DNA of 64,000 bases from Neoconidiobolus thromboides FSU 785. Lineage: Eukaryota; Fungi; Entomophthoromycota. This document shows, one piece after another, positions 39,329-50,971 of this stretch (the stretch's first letter is position 1; each line of letters begins with the position of its first letter). The notes under the pieces are model-generated. The model was not told the origin of the DNA. It was given only the letters and a program-made list of their open reading frames with translations, and searched no databases. Where the stretch lies: contig MU626295.1 in NCBI GenBank assembly GCA_025603075.1, forward strand, positions 62,001 to 126,000, in the 5' to 3' direction. Position numbers and translations under genes: made by a program.

Positions 39329-39431
39329 ATATGGGGATGCTTTTTTTAGTTTCATTACTTTTTCTATTATCTGGTGCTATTAAGTAAAAAAATTACTAGT
39401 AAAATTCTTGAACAAAAAAACACATCCCTAT
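39329..39431 (-). mobile_element. MITE-like element copy
   Basis: ATATGGGGATGCTTTTTTTAG...CACATCCCTAT. Confidence 0.75.
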
Positions 39432-39959
39432 GATTATTTATGATAATGTTTGTACTGATTTATTTTATATTTTTACTAAAATAATAGCTTAAGAGCAGTA
39501 AAATAAAAATATCATGACTAATAAAAGCTATTATATTCTTTATAAAAACATATGTTATTTTGAAATATGAACTAACTATTATCAAAACTCAAATCAAAAA
39601 ATTAAAGTTATATTAATAGTAATTGTTTATTGTTTATTGTTTATTTTTTGACTACTAGTTAAAAAACACTTGCTTGTAAATATCTAATATTATGAAAAAC
39701 TACTAATAATGATTCAGTTTAAATTTTTTAATAAAAGTTTGTAGCTATTTAAAAATTATTCCTTTTAGAAAAGTCATTATACTACAAATTTGTTAAATAG
39801 GATAAGGTAGTTAATTATTAATACTCACTTTTACAAAAACTAGTACACAAAAAAAATTGAAGTGTTTTTACTAATATTAAACAGTTGCTATTTTTTAAAT
39901 AATAAATTCATACAACACTAAATTATAATAGATTAACAGATAGTTCAAAACTTATATAT

Positions 39960-41213
39960 TTATTTTAAGCTCAAACCTTTGATATATTTATCATGGGTCT
40001 CAACTAAAATGGGTAAAAACACCATTTCAATTTCGCCTAAAGCTGGATTTTCACTCTCTAAATATATATGTTTATAACCATCTGATTCAGTCGGATAAAC
40101 AAACCAAACTTCTTTTTTTCTTGTGTTTAAAAGGTTAGCGATGACTAACTGATGTCCATATTGTTTTAAAGATTGTCTAGCTTTAGGGATTAGTAACTCA
40201 GGGTCAGTTTCTAATTTAAAAGAAACGATGTATGCTTTAGGCGCCCATTGATGTACTAACGGTTTAAGGAATTTAGGTACTTTAGACATTAATATTTGTA
40301 AATCTCCGGAGTTAGATTGTATTTTATGTTCTGACTAGATATGAATGTTAAATTAATAAATAACATATAAGATTACATAAGTCATATATTATGGTAATGT
40401 TGAAATATATACAATAAAAAAAAAATACCATTGCTTTAGGGTGTATAAAAAAATCTGAAACTGCAGCAGCTAAATAAAACAATGCTCTTTCTTTCAGTTT
40501 ATCTAAAGCTTTTGAAACAAACGTCAAAAGGTAAAGATAGTCGGTAACTGTGACAAAGGTGATTGATAATAACGTTCCTTCTTTTTTAGTCTAAACTTTA
40601 AATAAATAAACAAGTAGTATTATGAACTTATTTACCTTTTGGTATTTAATTAATACCTCTTTCATTTCAGAATCATATCTTGAGTCAGCTAAAATTTACA
40701 TCACTTCAGCATATTTTGTTTATAATTTTTAATTAATACCTTCAATACTACCATACTCGTTATTGAAATTCAAGTAATCTAAAAAGCAATTAGTAGAATG
40801 AGAGAAATGTCTAGAGTAAGGTTGTAAAGAGAATTGACGGTGCATAAAAATAACACAATAATCATTTTCTAAGAAATATGTATAAAAGGTTAAACATAAT
40901 AACTTTTTACAAACTAATAAGTTAAAAGTAAAAAAGGATATTCAGCAGAAGTAGCCCCACGAGTACCAGCAGAAAAATTATCGATAAATCGAACAGTGTT
41001 ATTTTCTAAAGGTACTGTTGTACCACCACTCTTAATTGATTAAATATTCCTTTTGAGTATAAAAAAAGAATCACTTACAGTAACTAAAGCTATCTTTTTA
41101 TCTTTATCACTCCATAATTTTATAAATTCATTGATTTTGGCTTGAGCTTCTTCGAAATTCGTTGGTGGGCTATGTAATCTTAAATAATCTTCTGGGTCCA
41201 AAATTTCACTCAT
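39960..41213 (-). CDS. CAB2: Phosphopantothenate-cysteine ligase (PPCS); includes one AT-AC intron
   Basis: [54 protein letters not shown] and [24 protein letters not shown]. Confidence 0.93.
40880..40941 (-). other. U12-type (minor spliceosome) AT-AC intron, 62 nt
   Basis: Minus-strand intron ATATCCTTTTTT...ATGTTTAACCTTTTATAC. Its removal restores the conserved ATSAE|YFL. Confidence 0.88.
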
Positions 41214-41852
41214 TTTTTGATATTTTCGGAAAGAAAATAATAATCACTTTTCGTCAGCTTTCCATTTTTATCAAAATTAACTTCCAATTAAAACTAATTT
41301 AAACGAATGTCCTTAATTTTTAGAAAATAGGTTCATAAAAGCAATGTTATTATACCAAACTATCAAATTTTAAATATGAACTATATAATTAATTTGATAT
41401 ATATATATAGCTTTATGAAAAATGTTTTTACATTTAAAATTGATAATATTTATACAAATATAACTTATAATGGGGATATACGTTTATTATTTAATAAAAG
41501 AATATAAAATAAAGGATATAAGTAGCTACATAGTTCAATATATTGTAATATCACTCAGTCACATAGAGCGGTATTTCAATGACTACTCTTGTTAAAAGTC
41601 GTACTAACTTTAGGCTACATTTGTAATGAAAAAACAAAACTGATAAAATTATAAGCATTATAAAATTTAATATTTTAAATAATATATAAAAAGAAACTAA
41701 ATATTTAAATGAATTTATTAGAACCTCAAGCAATACAAGTGAGGTAAAAGAAAAATTATGATATTTTAAGGGCTGAATTGAAGTAACAAAGAAGTTATAT
41801 ATAATTTGGTAGCTTAAACTTTGCTAGCAAGATTTAAACTTATATAAGCAAA

Positions 41853-43008
41853 TTATTCGTTTGGACCGCTTTGTAAATTAAGGGTCTTAACTGAACCTAT
41901 AACAGTATATTAAATCAAATGCTAAATTGGATCAATTATTAGTTACCTTGAAGTCCCATATTCTCTTTGCCAATTAATTCATCATGTACTTTTTCAATAG
42001 ATTTGAAATAATTTACAGTCTTGACGTGAAGTTCAAGGGTGGCGTCTTCATCACAGACAATCAAAGAACGAGGATGAAGTTGGATAGCAGATACGGTCCA
42101 CTTAACATGTTTTTAATAAACTAAATTAAATAAATAAGTAAACAACTTACCATATGGTTGACACCTTCTTCAATACATTTGGCTAAAGCTAATGATTTAT
42201 GTTGGCCAGTAATGATAATGGCAACTTCACGAGCATCCATAACAGTACTTTAGTAAAAATATTAGGTTAGAAGTTACATGAATTATAAAATAAACTTACG
42301 CTACACCAACAGTGAGGGCTAATTTTGGAACTTTGTTAATATCACCATTGAAAAAACGTGCGTTGGCAAGAATAGTTTCATAAGCTAAAGTCTTTACACG
42401 GGTACGAGATTGTAAAGAAGACCCTGGTTCATTGAAAGCAATGTGACCATCAGGACCAATACCTATTAATATTTTAAATATGTGTATATTACATACTAAA
42501 GTTAAATATACCTCCTAAAAAGAGTTCAATACCACCAACATCACGAATCTTCTTTTCGAAGCGTAAACATTCCATTTCTAAGTCGGATGCATTACCATCT
42601 AAGATGTTAACGTTAGTAGGTTTAACGTCAACATGCTTAAAGAGATGGTTCCACATAAAAGAGTGGTAAGATTCTGGGTGGTTTTGTGGTAAGCCTACGT
42701 ATTCATCCATATTAAAAGTTATAATGTTTTGGAATGAGATTTGTCCTAATTTATAGTATTCCACAAGACAGCGATATACACCAATTGGAGAAGAACCAGT
42801 TGGTAAACCTAAAACGAAAGGTCTTTCTGCAGTTGGTGCAAACTTTTTTACACGGGCAACAATATAGTCAGCTATAAAATAAATTTTAGTTTAAGTCCAG
42901 TTACAGGAGCCGATTTGTTTATAATCAAGCGTTCATATTATATAATTAAAGTCACTTACCAACATATTTAGCTACAGCTTGGGCGTCGTTACGAATAATC
43001 AATCTCAT
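41853..43008 (-). CDS. NAG1: Glucosamine-6-phosphate deaminase; multi-exon
   Basis: [58 protein letters not shown] and WPYLLSKSILMP-like C-terminal segments ([13 protein letters not shown]). The last exon (QGSVK...PNE*) is inferred. Confidence 0.92.
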
Positions 43009-44644
43009 TTTTATTTATATTTATTAAAAAGTTTTAGTCTTTGGTCTATTGAAATCTACTTATATTGCATTCGTAAGAATTAATACAGCAATAACCAATC
43101 GTTTTTAGTGCTTGCAAGTCATCCAATTAAAACAAGTCATTTAAGCGATGACTTACAAATTAACCTTCACCTTGAAATAAAAAAATATGTGAGGTATTCC
43201 CTTTTTTGTTAATATTGCGTTTTTTGCTTTCTTTCTTTTGCTATTTGGGTTGATAAATATTCTTGAAGACCCGGTTAATTATCTGAAGTTAAAAATTATT
43301 ATAAAAAGTTCCAATCATTTCCACTTCCTCTTGTTAAAGTTGAACCATGTGTTTGTGGTGAAATACTATCCAATTAATTTGACCAATACCTTCATTTCAT
43401 TTGTGGCTAAAACCATTTTTTTCACCAACTACATATATGGTTTTATGTTATTTTAGCCCTTGCTGTATCAGATGATGTATTTATTATCACTTGTTCACTC
43501 CCTTGTTCTTAGGCTGGGAACCTTTGCGTATATTCAAACTATGTTAAAATATTTTCAGCACATGTAATTAATAGTAAAGTTGTTTGGTGTTGTTAATAAA
43601 GCTTATATTTAATATATAGTTATAAACTGCTTTTATTAAAAAAATGCTACGTTTCAGTGCGTTATTCGATTATTTTGGCAATATTAATACTGATATTAAG
43701 TCTAAATTCATAACGTTTAATTCAAAAAAATTGGCATCAATCTCAAATAGTTTATTGATTTACAATACCTTTTATAATTTCGTTTATAATTCCCTTAATA
43801 AAGATGCAAAAGTAAACATTTCTTAGAGTACTATATTAGATTTAATTTAATCTCTGATACATATATCGATTTTAACACATACTAAAAAATATTACTACAT
43901 TTATTTTGATATAGATATTTATAATAATTAAATATTAATATTTAATATGTAATGCTCATTTTGATATTTTAAAAACTACTCGAAATTTTGCAAAAATAAA
44001 TTATTTATTAAAAACCAAAGTACCTGACACAGTTTTAAACTATTTTGTTATAACCTACATTGTAAGTTAGGAGAATTTTTACTAAATTTAATAAAAATTC
44101 CCGGATTAGCAAGGCTTTTACTAATATAACCTATATGCTGATATTAATCAAAGTTACAAAATGTAAATAGATACATACTCTTATAAAACTTCATCAAGAA
44201 ATATTTGTTATCAACTGCTTTATATATAAGCAACATTACAGATTTATTATCAAATGAATAAATAATCTTAATGTTATAGTTATAGTTATAGTTATAGTTG
44301 TATTGTTAACTTAGCTATCAATGCTTTAAGTGATATTAACATTTAATAATTGATTTCTATTATTAATAAACTACTTGCTTGCTTAGTAAATATTGAAAGT
44401 TTGAGATTTTTCATTTTCTATAAACTGTAGTTTTAGTTGGAATTATATCGTTCTTTTTTTGATTTATCAGGTACTGGGTAATATTGTAGTTTATTATAAC
44501 ATTTAATAAATGTAAATACTTTTTAATATTTTATATTTTTAATATTTTTTAAAGATTGTATTTATTATTATTATCAATAGCCGAGTTATTAATTTTATTA
44601 TGGTTATAAATAAAAATTTCAAATTTTGAAATCAATTGATTAAT

Positions 44645-44748
44645 ATTTGGCGATGTATTTTTATGTTTAAGAATTTTACTAACAATTTTTCTGCTCAAAT
44701 AACGCTTAAAAAAGGAAAAGTAATGAAATCAAAAAAAACATCCCCATT
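44645..44748 (+). mobile_element. MITE-like element copy
   Basis: ATTTGGCGATGTATTTTT...AAAACATCCCCATTT. Confidence 0.75.
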
Positions 44749-44912
44749 TTCTATTTATTTAATGGTTCAAAACTATTCTTCTATTAGGATTTTTTTTATA
44801 TAATGTGAAAACTCTTGAGATTTAAGATAATTTTTTATACCTGGCTATATATTAATTTTTGTAAACTTTTTAAAAGCTTTTTAAATATTAAATTAGTTAA
44901 ATAATTTCTTGC

Positions 44913-44994
44913 ATATGGGGATGTATTTTTTTGAGCACTATTTGAGCAGAAAAGTACTAGTAAAGTTCTTAAACAAAAAAATATATCCCCATAT
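44913..44994 (-). mobile_element. MITE-like element copy with ~25-bp internal deletion
   Basis: ATATGGGGATGTATTTTTTTG...ATATATCCCCATAT. Confidence 0.75.
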
Positions 44995-45243
44995 ATTGAA
45001 TTATAATTTAATATTTCATACAAATAATCAAAATAAACTTTGCTTATAGTTCTGTTATTTTTTAAATATAAAATATTAAAATTTAATACTAACATAACTT
45101 ATTACATCAAGCTAAATTCACTAAATCTGATTTTATTCTTATTTCTATATTTTGTTCAAAGTTTAAATTATTATATAACTTTTATTATTTAGTTTTTTAG
45201 TAATTTTGTCAAATGTATTTTTTTAAATATTAATATAAAATTC

Positions 45244-45349
45244 ATATGGGGATGTATTTTTGTGTTTAAGAATTTTACTAATAATTTTTCCGTTCAAATA
45301 ATACTTAAAAAATGGAAAAATAATGAAATCAAAAAAAACAGTCCCATAT
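45244..45349 (+). mobile_element. MITE-like element copy
   Basis: ATATGGGGATGT...AAAACAGTCCCATAT. Confidence 0.8.
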
Positions 45350-45423
45350 AGTTTATACAGCCTTTCTTTTAACTTTTTAACTTTTTGCTTTGTTTCTTGT
45401 TATTAAGTTTATTTTATTTCCAA

Positions 45424-45521
45424 AATATTTTTTTGGCTTCGTCACTTTTTCCATTTTTAAGCGCTATTTGAACAGAGAGTGTGTTAGTAAGATCCTTAAA
45501 CAGAAAAGTGCATCCCCATAT
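45424..45521 (-). mobile_element. MITE-like element copy, one end decayed
   Basis: TTTTTTGGCTTCGTCACTTTTTCCATTTTTAAGCGCTATTTG...GCATCCCCATAT. Confidence 0.7.
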
Positions 45522-45565
45522 ATTTAAAAAAGATTGACTTAGTTATTGCTCTATTTTTTAAAGTA

Positions 45566-46015
45566 TGTGAAATCTGGTACTCAGTGTTTGGAGTCAAGAA
45601 CAGCTATTGGTGGATTGACTACACTATAAGTCGAAAGGTCTTAGTTTATGTGACTAAGATAGGTTTGGATTATGAGGAATAGCACGTAATAGGTTACAAG
45701 CTATATAAGACAAATAGAATAGATAACACTAATGTAAAATCTACGTAAAATACTATTAAGAAAACTTAGTGGCTTTATTAAATGTTCGAGATATCAGGGA
45801 ATAATTCAGTTAAAAAGCCTCGAGCTATTATATTTTAGAATCTCTTTTATACTCCGATAAGTATAAATATCAAAACGGGGGGGAGGGTATTCTTTGAGAC
45901 GAAGATAGAAATTCTCTTAACAAATCAGAATAAGAGCATGGGACTAATTGTCTCTATAGTCGAGAACACGACAGCTTAGGCGATTATTATGCTATAATTA
46001 ACCATGGGGCTGACA
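45566..46015. mobile_element. Probable solo LTR (~450 bp)
   Basis: GC-richer island bounded by TGT...ACA, with imperfect flanking 5-mers AAGTA/AAGCG and an internal TATAAATA. Its first ~27 nt recur at 63974-64000. Confidence 0.5.
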
Positions 46016-46050
46016 AAGCGATATTTCACAAGTATTAAAATGTTTAGTAT

Positions 46051-46157
46051 ATATGGAGATGTCTTTTTTGGCTTCATCATTTTTTCCATCTTTTAAGCAC
46101 TATTTGAGTGGAAAAATTGTTGGTGAAATTCTTAAACACAAAGATACATTCCCATAT
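46051..46157 (-). mobile_element. MITE-like element copy
   Basis: ATATGGAGATGTCTTTTTTGG...ATACATTCCCATAT. Confidence 0.8.
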
Positions 46158-46402
46158 CATTTTTTTATTTTTATTTAACATACATATTATTTGATGGAGA
46201 TTTATCACTATTATTACTAATTATTTAAAAATAATCATGTTGATTTCTACTTATACTAAATCTAAAACTTTTACATTTACCAAAAAAGTATATTGAAGCT
46301 ATAGTTGATATTAATACTACTTGTTTTTGTTTTTTGTTTCTTTTAAAGCACTACCTTTATTGCTTAATTGGGTTTAGTATTGTTAATAGTAAACTTTAAT
46401 AG

Positions 46403-46488
46403 TTTTTCTTGGTTTCATTACTTCTTTGTTTTTAAGCGCTATTTGAGTGGAAAGATTGGTAGTAAAATTCTTAAAAACATATCATATA
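46403..46488 (-). mobile_element. Partial MITE-like copy
   Basis: Core GGTTTCATTACTT...TTTAAGCGCTATTTGAGTGGAAAGATTGGTAGTAAAATTCTTAAA; termini lost. Confidence 0.65.
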
Positions 46489-47407
46489 TCAAGGACTTAC
46501 AAATTTAAAAACTCAAAATCTGGATTAATTTTTAACTAACTTCTAAAACCAATTCAACCATCCCTATGCTTATTTTATTTCTATTCAATAAAGGAATTTA
46601 GTTATCTTTTTAATGTCAACTTTAAAGTTGAAATATCTCACACTTAATACTATAGTCTATCAATATTTGATTTATGAGTATATTAGTAAATATGTATTTT
46701 CGACTCTTTAATTTCGAAGAATTAAATTGTTTTAATCATAATTATTAAACTTTATAAAAATGTGCAAAAATGAAATATATTATTATAGCTTAATGTTCTT
46801 TTTTTATACTATAATTAAAGTCAGTATGGGCTTTTATCTACGAATATTTAATTATAGTTTTAAAAGGATTTTTGGTAAAATAAAAAATAAAAAAGTAAAA
46901 GTCTTATTTAAAATACTATATTGTAAAAACAAACATCTTTTAAAGTTTAGTAATAATATCGAATAATGGAAACAAGAGTTTTACAGTATTAATCCATATT
47001 TTTCAGTATTTCGATCTTAACATAAGAATCTATTTTTCCGTGAAAAAAAGGGTATAATAATTTGATTTGTTTTAAATTGATTTCCTAGACTTAATGTATA
47101 CATATAAGTTTTTTGAAGCAAACAAGGATCTGTTAGTAGCTAGTCATAAGCTAATTTAAAGCTAATATCAAACATTGTAAAGGCTCAAATCTGATATATA
47201 TAATTTAATACTTATCATAAATACAATGATAAGAGAATAATTACTCGCTCTCAAAGACTCACTTTCTATGGGATAACTTTCGAAAAGGCTTTTTAGCCAA
47301 TTAGAATTGATTTTGAGGTAATCTAATCATCCAAATTAAGAGTATGACAAAGATATAAATTTACCCACGATAATTAACAGCTTTGAGCTTAAAGCTTTTA
47401 AATTAAA

Positions 47408-49348
47408 ATGTCCAGTTTAAGAAGACTTCCTCGCCTCGCTAAAAACGCATCAAAAAATATTAGATTGTTACAAAATCAATCTTACAAGGTTTCCAACTTA
47501 TATTCAAGATGCTATTCTCATAGGTATTATCATCTTGTTTTTAAAAATTAATCTCTAACTCAATATAGCATTAACAATTCTATGTTATTTAATGAATCTT
47601 CTATTAAAGGAGTGAGATTATATAGCTCTAAAAGTAAAATTCTTGTTTTTTTATTATAAAAGTACAAATTTTATGTTTTGATTAGATTTTCCATCACATA
47701 ACATTATTAAAATGCCTGCATTATCCCCAACCATGACATCAGGAAACATTGGAAGCTGGCATAAAAAAGAAGGTGATGAAATCACTGCTGGAGATGTATT
47801 AGTAGAAATTGAAACTGATAAAGCTCAAATGGATTTTGAATTTCAAGAAGACGGTTTTATTGCCAAGATTTTAGTTGATGCTGGCTCAAAGGATATTGAC
47901 GTCAATAAAGTTAGTATTTATTTAACTCTAGTTGGAACCTTATTTAACTTTTGTTAGCCATTAGCTGTCTTAGTTGAGAATAAAGAAGATGTTGAGAAAT
48001 TTGCCAACTTTACTCTTGAGGATGCTGCAGATGGTGAAGGTGAAGCTACTCCTGCTTCTACCCCTAAAGAAGAAGCTTCAAATGAACCAAAAGCACAAGC
48101 TCAAGAAACCAGTTCATCTGCTTCCGGTTCAGCACCCAAAGCTACTCAAGGATCAGGTAATTTTTAGTCAATAGCGATGATTATTTAATTGTTTTAGATG
48201 ATCGCATCTTTGCTAGTCCTTTAGCTAAAAAACTAGCTGAAGAAAAGGGTATAAACCTTGCTGAAATCAAAGGAACTGGCCCAAACAATCGTATTGTCAA
48301 GTCCGATGTTGAGTCCTATACTCCAGCTAGTGAGTTGTTTATTTATTCATAAAACGTTTCTTACCATTTTAGCTAAAGCACCTCAACCACAAGCTACCCC
48401 AGTTGCTGCTCCAACTTCTGCTCCAACTACTTCTGCCCCAACCCCAGCCTCAGCTCCAGGATCTACTGGATCATACACTGATATCCCACTTACTAACATC
48501 CGCAAAGTAGATCCATTTGATTTTAACTGTGTTTTTCTAATCATAATTTAGGTTATTGCTACTCGTCTTACTGAATCTAAGCAGCAGATCCCACATTATT
48601 ACCTTACCGTTGAGGCTAATGTTGATAGCGTCTTAAAGTATTGTAATTTAGCCATTTCTTTATAATTTATTAATCGATTTAGATTACGTCAGCATTTGAA
48701 TAGCAAATCTGATGATAAATACAAGTTGTCAGTTAACGACTTTATTACCAAGGCTTCCGCTTTAGCTATGAAAGATGTTCCTGAAGTTAACTCATCATGG
48801 CATGGAGACTTTATTAGACAGTAGTTTTTAATATTTTTAATAATGAGTTTTGATTAATTACATTTTAGATACAACACTGCAGATATTTCTATTGCTACTG
48901 CTACGCCTACAGGTCTCATTACACCTATTGTTAAAAGTGTTGAAGGTAAAGGACTTAGCTCGATTTCTAATGAAATCAAATCACTTGCAGCTCGTGCGCG
49001 TAACAATGAACTGAAACCACATGAATATCAAGTAAGTCTTGTAATTGAATTTTTAATGGAATTTCTAATAAAATTAAGGGTGGCTCTTTCACCATTTCCA
49101 ATCTTGGTATGTTCGGAGTCAATAACTTTACTGCCATCGTTAACCCACCACAATCTTGTATTTTGGCCGTTGGTGCTACCCAATCTCGTATTGTTGTTGA
49201 TGCTACTGCTGAAAAAGGATTTAAAGAGGCTAGTATCTTAACCGTTACTTTATCTTGTGATCATAGAGTTGTGGATGGTGCTGTTGGTGCTAAATGGCTT
49301 AAGGCATTCAAAGGTTATTTAGAAAATCCACTCACTATGTTACTTTAG
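47408..49348 (+). CDS. LAT1: Pyruvate dehydrogenase E2 (dihydrolipoamide acetyltransferase); 9 exons
   Basis: Mitochondrial presequence, lipoyl domain MPALSPTM...[10 protein letters not shown]3-binding ASPLAKKLA, and catalytic [12 protein letters not shown]. Confidence 0.95.
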
Positions 49349-49882
49349 GTTCTGGGGCATGCTGCTAAAGAATAAATCATAATAATTTATATACATTTGA
49401 TACATTAACGTTGGTGTTTTCTAAAATGACATAAATGCAATATAATATTGTTTTTATTTGTACTAGGTTAAATCGCATTATAATCCTTCAATTAGTATAC
49501 TAATTAGATCGCCATCTATATAATATATAAGTTGTTTTGAGACAGATTAATTTGTGGTTCAAAAATGTATTGAATGAATTTTTATACTAAGAATTAGTGA
49601 AAGCTTAATATATTTAATTACTAAAATAACATTTAATATTTAATGGAGAATCATTGACTACAAAAACAAAACAAGAATGAATAAAGACATGCAGGTTAAA
49701 TCTTATCATCAACTTTTTACTAACACCAAATAATCTTTGGTTATCAGTATTCAATATTAATAAAACAGTCTATTAGATATAAATTTTAAAATTTAAAAAA
49801 AAACCATCGTCTAGTTAAATAAAAATTCGGGGAGATATATTTTTACTTTTAAATCATAATCATTAATACTCAATTCAATATA

Positions 49883-50707
49883 CTATTCATCTTTTGAGTA
49901 TAAAAATAAAACTCTTTCTTCTATATCTTCAAGTTCCCATCTATGCTTGTGGATAGCCAAATTTTCCGCTTCATCTTTAAAAAATACATGAGTATTACTT
50001 TGTTGACCAGGCATTGTAGCATTCATAGTTGGCATAGACATAGCTTGCATATCCTTGACGCCATCCGCACTGTTCTCTTCCCCTAAGACTAAGGAAAAAA
50101 CGGCTCTTAACCCAAACAAATTTAAAAAATACCAAGAAAGTGAAGAAACCCAAGCAACATCCATATTACTAGCTAAAATACCAGACTGAAGCATGGATTT
50201 AAATCTTAAAGTTAACGGAAATGGTAATTGAATTAACACAAATCCAGAAAAAAAGAAGTTGATCCAACTCATTATTAATGTTTGTGGTACAACCATAGCT
50301 ACATTACGTTTCATTCCACCCATTAGAGTTTCCATTTGAGAAGGGTCTGTAAGCATACTAGCAGTACTCTTCTTTTTTAAATGTGAGTCTTTACCATCCT
50401 TTAAAAATGTCCCATTTTCAATCTCTTTTAAAAAATATTGTTTACGTGCTTCAAACTTGGATGGTGCTAAGTAATCACCATTTTTAGCTAACATTTTTAC
50501 CCAGTTTAATGATTGTTGCTCTTTCAACTCTTTCTTTTTGGGCTTGATTGGTGCTGATGTTAATAATATTGTTATATGATGTCTTAATACCCCGACTAAA
50601 ACCATAACAATCATAATGGGAAATAATACCCAATCACGGATAGCTATTATAGATTTGAATTTTATTTATCACATGTTCAAAGATATATTACCTGGATCAA
50701 GGATCAT
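49883..50707 (-). CDS. EMC3: ER membrane complex subunit 3
   Basis: MILDP|AIRDWVLFPIMIVMVLVGVLRHH, WINFFFSGFVLIQLPFPLTLRFKSMLQSG and WVSSLSWYFLNLFGL. Confidence 0.92.
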
Positions 50708-50971
50708 TGTAGAGCTATTAAATGTTATTAGTTATTTTGGTTTATCATCATTGTTTATAATAAAATTACTTTTCAGTAGTCATTTAGTTTAATAGTCTGA
50801 AATACGATTACTGATGAATCCTAAAACTTATTCAAGGAAATTTAAAATCAAATGCAAAAAAGGAATTTACCCTGATTTTATTGGTTCCCTTAAAATCAAG
50901 CTTGGCGCCACTATGAATAGCGGGAAATAATTAACTATTGTTTATTTTATTTACAATTTAATAGTTTCAAA

